From positions 1 to 32,111 of the forward strand of contig MU271688.1 in the NCBI GenBank assembly GCA_021432655.1: a stretch of 32,111 bases of DNA. Reading direction: 5' to 3'. Source of the DNA: Atractiella rhizophila (lineage: Eukaryota). Position 1 is the stretch's first letter. Each line of letters begins with the position of its first letter. Both the position numbers and the translations under genes were made by a program. Below are positions 22,630 through 32,111 of the stretch, piece after piece. The notes below the pieces were generated by a model, which worked only from the letters and a program-made list of their open reading frames with translations, made no database searches and was not told where the DNA came from.

Positions 22630-24553
22630 ATGGAGATCGACCCACCATCCACCCCATCCACTCGCTCACGGTCCTCTGTCCTGTCCCTCATCTCCACCTT
22701 CCTCTGCCACCCACGCCTCCGCAAGTCACGTTCTCACGCCGACGTGCTTAATCACGAAGGGGCATCGGATGGTAGAAAGTCCAAGCTCTCGTCTGAGAAA
22801 TCGCCACGTCCCTCCGCTGGCCTTGCGAGACCCGTGTCAGGTATGTCCTTGTCCGTCTACATGCGTTACTCTTCTGTTGACACTTGTGACACATAAGCCC
22901 TTCTGTCGTCCAACTACACCACTTCCCATCCCACACCTCAGACGCACTATCACACCGCTCACGATCCTAATGCTGACGTCTTCCCCACCTCCCATCCACA
23001 AGGTCGCTTCTCTCCCCTCCCACCCACGCCTTTCTCCGGCTTCCCCAAGGCCCCCTCCTCTTCCTCCCTCAACAACGTCAACACGAGCAATGCGTATGGA
23101 GCGCGGGGCACATCCCCAGAACGGCGGTACGGTTCTCCAGCGAGCTACAAGGCGGGAGCTGGAGGAGGCTATTTTGGGAGCGATGAGGGAGGTGGGGGGG
23201 AGGTGCGAGAAGGATACAACGAGGAGGCGTACGACACCTCGGACGATCCCCGGAGACATCGCAAGGCCGAATTGGATAACCTCTCCCTTGCAGAAGTCGA
23301 GAGCGTGATCCACGCCAGTAGGACGAGGAGCGAGACAGGCGACCATGTCAGACAGATCCTCAGCAGGACAGGGTCCTTGGCTAGATCCGTGGATTCTTTT
23401 GGTTTCGTTCCCGGCGCTGGTCTGGGAAGGAACGATTCGAATCCACGATCCATCCTGGGGAGGAATTCGAGCCTTCCTTCCCGCGACTCTCATGGGCACG
23501 CCGGTCAGACTAGCTTGGGGAGGAACGGCTCGATGCCGCGTTCAGATCTAGGGAGGAGCAAGAGCGGAAAGAGTGGAGCCGAGGAGAGCATTAGTGAGGA
23601 GAGCGAGGTGGTGTTCGTTCCGAGGAAGGACAAAGGCAAGGCGAAAGCGCTTGATCAAGACGCCGTCGATGGATTCTCGTTCGAGAATGAGAATCCGAAT
23701 CCGAACTCGCTGCAGGCGTTGGTGAGAGAGGAAGAGGTCCACACCGACCATTCCGCTTTCACCTCTCCCGATGCCTCGCCTGCTGTAGGCGCGACCGTTC
23801 CCCTTCCCATCTCCACCAAACCCACTCCCGTCCTTCCCACCACAAACAGCAACGGCAACATCACAACCGTTCCCTCCCCTACTTCCCTCCCGAAGCTCCA
23901 GACCGCCCTACCCGTCCCCGCCTCCGCCCCGGCATCAGCCATCTCTCCCTCCGTCTCCATCCGTCGTCTTCCTCCCGAACCAAACGCTCCCTCCAAAGTC
24001 TCGACCCCAATCCAACCCTCGCCCATGCGCGCACTGCCGAACCCAAACGGCCCTTCAACCGCGCAAGTGTACGAGCGAGCTCTGTCCCCGGCCATCTCCT
24101 CCTTCTCTCACACCTCCTCCTCTCAACCTTATCCACTCGCTCATGACGACGCCCCCTCACCTCCTCCTAGGATGCCGAGCCTCCTGTCACAGTATCAGCA
24201 CTCTCACTCCCATTCCCAATCTCAGTCACTTTCCCATTCCCACTCCCGAGCGTCTTCTACGACGGGTTCGAGGAGGATGCTCCCCTCCCCTCCTCCCATG
24301 CCTTCCACGACCCCCTTCTCGACCAGCAGTCACGGTTCGAGCTATGGAAATGGAGGGGACATTCCAATCTTTCTCCGCTTTCTCCCCGTCGCCACTGAGC
24401 AATGGTGCCGTCGGCGGAGGCAATGGATTCGTGAGGACGGATCTGGCGAGGGACGACTACGATCCGAGGATGAGAGATAACCTCATGAGCTCACCGGTTT
24501 ATCCAAGGCCGGTTCAGGGTAGAGGGGTGGCACCGGAGGTGCAAGACTATTAG
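22630..24553 (+). CDS. Hypothetical Ser/Pro-rich low-complexity protein; 3' frame ambiguous
   Basis: ATG at 22630, intron 22841-22897 (GTATGT...AAG), then a continuous frame into the 23203-24480 ORF. It ends at 24480 as read, or at 24553 if there is an indel near 24355. Confidence 0.65.
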
Positions 24554-24992
24554 ATGAAGATGGTGGGAGAAGGTTGTGACATCAGATGAAAGTTGGTAGA
24601 AGGAGGATGCAGGTGGAGTGGTCTGTTCGGTCTGATTGACGATGGGGATTTTGGGTTCGGATTTGTTCTTTGGGCTTTGAGCGACATTCGCTTTGGATTC
24701 TGGCGCGTCCTCGCCTCTCGAGATTCCTTCTCTTATTATCGTTAACATTCAAAATAACCAGGTAGCTCAACCTCTTTATTGCTCTTTAATCGTGAATATG
24801 CAATCCTCAGTCCTCAATCAAATCGAAAATCGTTACATTGCTTCACTGACGATGAATTGCAACCCTTACCTCCCACTCACTATCCACATTGAACCCTGAA
24901 CGAAATCTGATCATGAAGATCAGGGGGAAATGCAATCTACACCTTGATCATTTGGACTATGACAATGCGATTGGTTTCTTCTGGCTGAGAAT

Positions 24993-25944
24993 TTAGAAAC
25001 CTTTGTTGTGTCCTCCGTCTTGGCTGAAACCAGGGTCATTATTTGTTTGGGAAGAGGACAGAGAGTGGGAAGGACGAACTAGAATTTCTCCATGTGGTCG
25101 ATGATCTTGCCCAAAGCGTCGAGCCAGGCACCGAGCTGTTCTTCGACCTTCGCCTGGTCCGAACCCAGCTTTGCGTAGAAGTCCTTGCGGTATGGGCAAG
25201 CTTTCATGGCCAACTACTCATCATCGATCGCATCAATATCGCGAGCGAAAAGAGGAGACGAAATGCAGAGAAGGGAGAACACATACGGTGAAGACACCCT
25301 TGACGACAAAGTTGTGGAACTGTTTCAAACTTCCCTCATATGCCTTGGTGAAGCTCTCCGTGAGCTCTTCGCCCTTGTTCTGCAGCGATCGAGCCATGGC
25401 AGCGTGCGTGAACCTCAGTCCGCGAAGCAGCCACATCAGTCCTTCGGTCGCAGTTCGCTTCTTCTCCCCCTTCTCGTTCTCGACCAGCGATTCGAGAGTT
25501 CCCGACTCGGCTGGTGCGGCGGCTTGACGCGCTCTGATTTTCTGTACACGATGAAATCAGTATTGATGGTATCTTGAGCTGGCTGGCTGTTGTAAGGGCG
25601 ACTTTTATGATCGACACCATGCACGAAGACGTCTCCGTGATAGATGTCAAAGTAATGGGACTCATTTCTTCACAATCCCAGCTCCTGATCATGCGAAGAT
25701 GAAGGGCTCACAGCAATGTTTCCATTCATATCAGACGTGACAGCTGCAAAGGCCTTACTTCCCAGAAGATCTATCGTCCCACAAAATAAATCAGAAAACA
25801 AGAGAGATGTTATGGTAGAAAGGTACCAAAGAGAGCAACGACTCCCTCCGTCGCCTCCAGGAACTGGGTGGTGTCCACTCCAGGTGTGGTTGAGACATCA
25901 GCGTAGGAGCGCTTGATGGTATCAAAGTATCCAGGTGTAGCCAT
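24993..25944 (-). CDS. Glycolipid transfer protein (GLTP / HET-C2-like)
   Basis: Spliced translation MATPGYFDTIKRSYADV...FLEATEGVVALFDLLGSKAFAAVTSDMNGNIAKIR...TATEGLMWLLRGLRF...AYEGSLKQFHNFVVKGVFTLAMKACPYRKDFYAKLG...FYQDGGHNKGF*. Retains the GLTP headgroup-binding D, N, K, W, R and H residues. Confidence 0.93.
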
Positions 25945-26150
25945 TTTGATGTTGATTTTGTGCTGATCTGGGTGGGAGATTTGGAGGAGGCCTTCGTTTT
26001 ATGCTTTTATGCAAGTCAATCGGGATGCACTCGATCGAGATTGTTTGCTCGTATTTGAATTGTGGTGCATACTGTATCCTAACTAAAGAAGTACCACAAA
26101 AGTACCCAAACCACCACTTTAGACCTCTTTCTGGCCATTTCACTTTCACG

Positions 26151-26447
26151 ATGAGCGTGCGTATTTCTCCCTTTTTGTATCACTTAATCTCACGGAATCG
26201 GCTGCATGTTCAGGCAATCACCAACCTTTTCAAGCGCAATTCCGTCTTCGTCTCCACCGTCGCCGTGACAGCCTTCGGCTTCTCCATCGTTTTCGAGAAG
26301 GCCACAACCGCTTTCTGGGACAACCACAACCGGGGTGTAAGCCTCTTCCTCTGTGTACTTTTGTGAGGACAGAAGGAGCTGATGGAGGGATGGGAGCAGA
26401 AACAGTGGAAGGATATCAGACACAAGTATGTGGAGGCTGAGGAGTAG
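26151..26447 (+). CDS. QCR9: Cytochrome b-c1 complex subunit 9 (Qcr9/UQCR10)
   Basis: Three exons: MS|AITNLFKRNSVFVSTVAVTAFGFSIVFEKATTAFWDNHNRG|KQWKDIRHKYVEAEE*, with the hallmark NxGKxWKDI. Confidence 0.95.
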
Positions 26448-27274
26448 AGCAGAGCAGAGAAGCAATGGAATTTTTTGAGCATCGCTGATTTGTTTGAACG
26501 TGAGTGGATGATGGTTGGTTGACGTGGTGTGTGTGCTCCCTTCTCCCGTCTTCCTCCGGGTGGGAACAGGAGGTCTTGTCGTAACCTGCCTTGGCTCATT
26601 GTCTTCTATGAGCGTTCTACCTCACACTCGTACGCCTAGTTTGCGCGAAGCATCTGCATTGGCCGGAAGAGCAGATGTTTATGTGAGCTCTGAACTGTTT
26701 TTCTTAGCTCTTTCGGCTTTTCTGCCATTCAGACCGTTAAGTTTGCCCTCGACATTATTGCGATGGCATGAACGGAAAGACTGAGAGTGAGAAGCTGGCT
26801 AGCATTCAGTACTCTTTAAAGCGAAGCCGTGTAGTCGTGCCAAACGGAGATAACCAAAAATCGGTTTGAGGTTACATCAACTCGTTGGAGTTAAAAGTGT
26901 GGAAACAAGCTGTCAATCATATCTATAGCACTACGGATTGAGAAATATGATCAGCTCAGCCGGTGCTTTCCCTCCCAAAGCGCTGCAAGCTTGGGGTATG
27001 GAACGTTGGCGTGAGGGGCCAGCGTTCTCAGCTCAGCGTTCCGTTCCCCAGATGAACTAAGCACTCTTGGGAGTGGCTTCAATGGCAGCTGCTTCGGACC
27101 CGCGCGGCGTGACTATTGCTTGACATTCGGTGTGAGCGTCGGTGCGAGCCAACACTTTGCAAGGAGATGGTGAGGTGGAAGGAGCCGTTGGTCCGAGCTT
27201 CAATACGTGCTCAGGTTCTTGTGGACCCACTCTGTCACACCTTCATGTCATGTTGTGTGACTCAACTCAAGGGA

Positions 27275-27281
27275 TATAAAA
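27275..27281 (+). promoter_or_regulatory. Candidate TATA box for LanC-like gene A
   Basis: TATAAAA about 60 nt upstream of the ATG at 27342; based on motif and position only. Confidence 0.45.
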
Positions 27282-27341
27282 TAGTGGGCATTATGGCCCC
27301 TTCTAGACCTCTCATTTGTTTGTGAGTTAAGAACGGATAAA

Positions 27342-29074
27342 ATGGGCGATCGCTACTTCGAGAATCCTTTCTTGTCCCTTCCTAAGGATGGAACTATAGC
27401 GGATGAAGAAGAGAAGACGGTCCTAAGGCAGGCAATTATGGATAACATACTGAAGGCGGCCAGGGACCACCCAATTCAATGTGAGAAACTGGTAAAAGAT
27501 ATGCCTGAAATGAAGGAGCATTTGGAACGGTCCATGAGAACCATCTTTCTAGGCACGCCTGGTGAGCTTTCTCACTTGCAGGAGTGTTCTTGCGAACTTC
27601 AAATCGACTCAAATCGATTAACAGGAATACTGTACGCATTGCAACGAGTACTGAGACAACGTTTGTTCGAATACTCTCCCGAATTCTTGGAAGCTCTCAA
27701 GAAATCCATGTCCTCACTTCAAGAGTATCAGGATCAACTCGACGCTGAATCCAAAAAGGGGACTGGCCCAAACGGGAAAGAAATATATTGCTGGGAGAGC
27801 TCGCCTGTTTTTACCCCTGTCAGCGAGACATTCGTCTCGATTTACCTCCACCTCGGTTCTGGCTCACCCGTCCCTCCTGAACTAATCGATGCAGTGAAGA
27901 ACACTATTATTCCAGCGTATTGGAGAGAAGGGGAATATTTCGGAGGGTGGCGAGATCCTTCTAAACCTTTTAACCAGGAAACAGTGAAAGGTCTGGCAAC
28001 GGAATGGGGGAATGGAAGGGCTGGCTTGCTTGCTGGTTTGTTGTGGTTGAGAAAGCTTGGGGTGGATATTGTTGATGATGGTATGGTGGAGAAGATGGTG
28101 GATACGATGATGGAGACCGCTAAGGCAGATGCTCCCATTTATGCAGAGCGCTGCTCGGATATCGATCAAGAACCTCCAGACCATCTTTGGCTCTTCAGTG
28201 CAGCGAAGGAGAAAACATCCTCCTACTTGGGTTACGTGCATGGTATTGGTGCGTTACAACTCTCTCATTTTATCACGCTGTTGATGAGAAATGAATGGGG
28301 AGTAGCTGGTATACTGCACACAATGTTCAACGCACCATACACAACTTGGAAGAAGCACGAGTCCGCGCTTCTGAAAACGATCGAATGGATTCTCCGCTTC
28401 CAGCAAGGCGATGGCAACTTCAAATGCACTCCAAAGGATGAGAAGACAGAACTTGTGCAGTCCGTCGTCTCCCACTCTCTTCCATGTCTGATTCGCCAGC
28501 TCGTAGCTTTTGTCATGGAGCACCTGGCTTTATCCTCCTCATCTCTCGTCTGCTCTCCTTGCACGCAGAAGGAACAATCGTCCTTGCCCCTGAGCTGAAA
28601 GACAAGTTAACAGTTTCTCTTAAAAAGGCAGCGGATTGTGTGTGGCAGAAAGGTTTGTTGAAGAAGGGGATCAACTTATGCCACGGAGTCTGTCTTCTTT
28701 GCTCTTATGCTAAACCACAGGCTGACCCTTGCATCCAGGTTGCAGGCTCGGCCTATGTTCTCCTGCAGCTGGCTGTCCTCCCCAAAGGAATCTTGAGCGA
28801 CGACGAGAGAAGAGACTACTTATGGAAAGCAACTCGCTTTGCTTCCTTTGGAACAGATTGGAAGACAAAAGGATTTGAGACAATGGACGTGGAAAATAGT
28901 CTCTTCTTCGGAGTTTCTGGTGTACGTCTTCCTTTCGATCTAGACCCTCAACTAGCTCTCTAAGTAATGCCACAGGCTGTGGTGATGTGGAGTGATTTGT
29001 TGACTGTGCTCGAATCAAAGGATGGGAGGGGGGACGGAAAATTCATAGGATTTCCTTTCGCTTGCGACTACTAA
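27342..29074 (+). CDS. Lanthionine synthetase C-like protein (LanCL family), paralog A
   Basis: Six exons (introns 27562-27624, 28249-28305, 28460-28506, 28688-28738, ~28922-28976). Motifs RYFENPF, FLGTPG, EWGNGRAG, YLGYVHGIAG, LVHFCHGAPG, GLLKKGINLCHGVAG and SLFFGVSG form the GxxG barrel loops with Cys/Cys/His zinc ligands. Confidence 0.9.
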
Positions 29075-30042
29075 TATTGAAGATAACAAAGGGCCACACT
29101 CTCAGACCAACCCCATTTGTTATGTATATTACCACCTGTGGAGGCAATAGTTCATGGACCTTCATACGCTCATATGTTCATGTTGCTTCTCAAAGGAATG
29201 TGCTGGGTCGGTGATTGCCTTTTCGGAAAATGCCGCCACAAATTAAATTCATCCTCTTCGTGCATGTCGGCAATGGAGGAAAGTGAAGGGAATGATGGTT
29301 GCGACGAAAAGAACATGAAAAGAAGTGACTTTATCACAGTATGGAAAGAGTCAAACTGAATGAATAAGTGAGCATTTGTTTCCTCCATGACAAGCTTTAC
29401 TGCGGTGATGTGATGAAAAAAGGCGCCATGCGCCTGAAATCTAATAACCCAGCTCGTCGAGAGCCTTCACCTTTACGGTGTTGGACGATGAGATCGAAAC
29501 CTTTCTGAACCATTCTCTCCTGTTAATATTGATTCTGCACTATGTACTGATTTATTCTCTCTAGGACGACTCTTCCGACCCATCAGGCTGAAGAACTAGG
29601 CGATGCTGCATGAAAGCAGAGATTAGTCACCGAAGCGCAATAAAGCCTTCCTATGCTCGCCATCGTTAGCAAAGTGAAGAGACCTTTCGATCGGGCTGCA
29701 ACGAATTCTCTTAACCTTCACATGCTTCGGGCTACAATACTGTAGCCTGTGCCCGCGTGAAGTTGATGCATACACTGTGGGAAGTTCTGAATATTTGAAT
29801 GTTCACATTCGTCTGGTCGAACTTTGCAACACTCTCCTGCTTGTTAGTGAGTCGGTCGCAGTACCGCAGTCGCACAAGGCTGCGCAATCTGGCATCCGCA
29901 GCTATTCCTCAGGAATGTGCTGGTTTTTGGCTGGTTAAAAGGAGGCAGCAATCCTTACTTGCTCAGAGCAGCTACCACACACAAAATCTTTCAGCACCAG
30001 TCGACACTGTTACTCCTCCTACTTTCATACGAAGTAATCATC

Positions 30043-31894
30043 ATGGCCAATCGGTATTTTGAAAACCCATTTTCCAATCCCCCTCATCCTGCAGCCCAAA
30101 ACAATGAAGTTATGACCAGCGAGGAGAAAAGCTTGCTTTGCCAGTCTATACAGTCTTTGATTATCCAAGCTGGTGAGCTCCATCCCAGTCTGACTGAGAA
30201 GGCGTTGGAGAATCCGGAGAAGGCGGAAGAGGCGAAGGATTTGGAGGTGACACCTTTCTTTGGCACTTCTGGTTAGTTGCATTCTCAGTCGCTTCGTTCC
30301 TTCGAGCGCGCTGGCAGTCGTCTGTGAAGTTGGGGCTTGCATCTCCATTCAAGATAGAGCTTTTCTTCGTTGCCTGATTTTCCCGGACGATACAGTTGTG
30401 ACATAGGATGCCCCCCTTACCGCATCGAATGTCTGAAAGACCACCATCTCAGTGCTAACTGTATCTCCGTCTACAGGGATTCTATATGCTCTGCAAAGAC
30501 TCCTTAGACAACAGTCTTTCGATTATCCGCCTTCCTTCCACGATTCCATCAAAAGGTCCGCAGAAACACTCACTAAATTTCAAGCAACTTTAGCTAGAGA
30601 CCCTGCTCCAAAACAATGTTACGAGGTCTCCCCAATGTTCACTCCTGTCGGTCAACTCTTCATCGCTATCTACCTACACGCTGCTTCCGGCTCTCCTATC
30701 CCCTCAGATCTACTGGAAACGCTGAAAAGCAAAATCATCCCAGCGTTCTATAAGGACGATGAAGAAAACACTAGTAAATATCGTGATCCGAAGAAGCCTT
30801 ACGAGCACGGACAACTGAGAGGATTAGAGACTGAGTGGGGGAATGGAAGATCCGGTTTGTTCGCTGGTTTGTTGTGGCTCAAAAGATTGGGGGTGACTGT
30901 GGTGGATGATGCGGAGCTGGAGAAAATGGTGGATGTGATGATGGAGAGCGGGAGGAGCGACGCGAAGGTCTATAAAGAGAAATATGGAGATGAAGACTCG
31001 CCGGAGGTCCTTTGGCTCTGGAGTACGGTGGGAGAGAAACCTTTCATGTACCTGGGTTACGTACACGGTATCGGTTCGTCCCTTTCACTTCTTCCCGTTT
31101 GTTGTATACTGAATCGAATGCAGCTGGCATCCTCTCGTCAATTATCAGTGCCCCTTTCGCGACGTGGAAGAAACACGAATCAGCAATCTTGCAACTCATC
31201 GAATGGTCTCTCAAATTTCAGGCTGAAGACGGCAACTTTCTAACTTTCGTCAACGAAGGGCCGCCAGTTCGCCTACAGTGAGCTCCCTATCTTCCACAAG
31301 CCAACAAACGTGACCGCAACGCCTTTAGTTTCTGCCATGGGGGGCTCGGTTTCGTCATTCTTTTTTGTCAACTGCTCTCTCTCCATGCTGAAGGCACGCT
31401 TTCTCTGCGGCATGAGCTCAAGGAAAAGCTCCTCGCATCCGTTCGCAAGGCAGCCGATTGCTTATGGCAAAAAGGTCTCCTGAAAAAGGGCATCAACATC
31501 TGTCATGGTGTCCGTCTCCTTCCCTTCTACCCTTTACAACACTGATGGGAGTACTAAGGTTGCTGGCTCCGCTTATGGTTTCTTGCATCTTTCAAACCTT
31601 CCTTCCAACATTCTAAGCAACGAAGAGAGGCATGATTATCTCTGGAAAGCCACGAGATTTGCGCTTTTTGCAGTGGATAGGGAGAGGGAAGGATTCGAGA
31701 AGATGGACTTTGAAACGAGTCTTTTCTGCGGAACACCCGGCGTACGTTATCCTCCTTCTCCCTTTCTGTAGAAATAGTATGCTGAAGCGAAAGCGCAGAC
31801 GGCACTCATGTGGAGTGATTTGTTGACTGTCGTCAATTCTAAAGACGGAAGAGGGGATGGGAAATTTTTGGGCCTTCCCTTCATTTTTGATTAG
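30043..31894 (+). CDS. Lanthionine synthetase C-like protein (LanCL family), paralog B
   Basis: Same five intron positions as paralog A. Motifs RYFENPF, FFGTSG, EWGNGRSG, YLGYVHGIAG, LHFCHGGLG, GLLKKGINICHGVAG and SLFCGTPG; TAG at 31892-31894. Confidence 0.9.
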
Positions 31895-32111
31895 CACGCA
31901 TAATCCAATACGATGCAGCGTACTTTCATCCGTCATCTGTCACGTCATATCACCGCGTGCAAGGATATCCTTGCTGGAACGTTGACTCTGCCTTGTCACG
32001 TTACAATGGATGCACCTGTTCCGAAACAATGCTACGCAGGTGCTGCGAAAGATCGTGACTTTGGTAGAGAGGGGTTGGAAGACGGGCTGCTGACGTATTT
32101 TTCCGTGTGGA

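Noticed and set aside
23434..23445. GATTCGAATCC resembling a tRNA T-loop or B-box
   Set aside because: A palindrome inside coding sequence with no cloverleaf.
20576..24423. Many antisense or alternate-frame ORFs over the F-box and Ser/Pro-rich genes
   Set aside because: Shadow ORFs of GC-rich coding sequence.
1..32111. CRISPR arrays, rRNA, tRNA, or a complete lanthipeptide gene cluster
   Set aside because: No repeat-spacer array or RNA-gene hallmarks seen. No LanB/LanM/kinase-lyase dehydratase, protease or transporter accompanies the LanC-like genes in this window.

Overview
Gene-dense, intron-rich fungal genomic DNA, probably basidiomycete (inferred from ~45-60 nt GT-AG introns with GTGAG/GTGCGT donors and CTRAY branch sites). 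Left end: 3' end of ELP3, a convergent HPM1/METTL18 methyltransferase gene, and a small single-RRM gene whose frame appears to need a one-nucleotide exon. Positions ~4.1-16.6 kb form a repeat island: an assembly gap, a TpA-skewed degenerate stretch, a disrupted Tad1-like LINE, and a 3.13-kb tandem duplication. Each copy of the duplication carries a CpG-depleted Penelope-like RT relic plus the sequence upstream of the next gene. Right half: mitoribosomal uS11m, two hypothetical genes, an F-box-like gene, GLTP/HET-C2-like and QCR9 head-to-head, a hairpin-rich intergenic stretch, and two tandem, divergent LanC-like paralogs. All gene models and counts were made by hand with no database searches.
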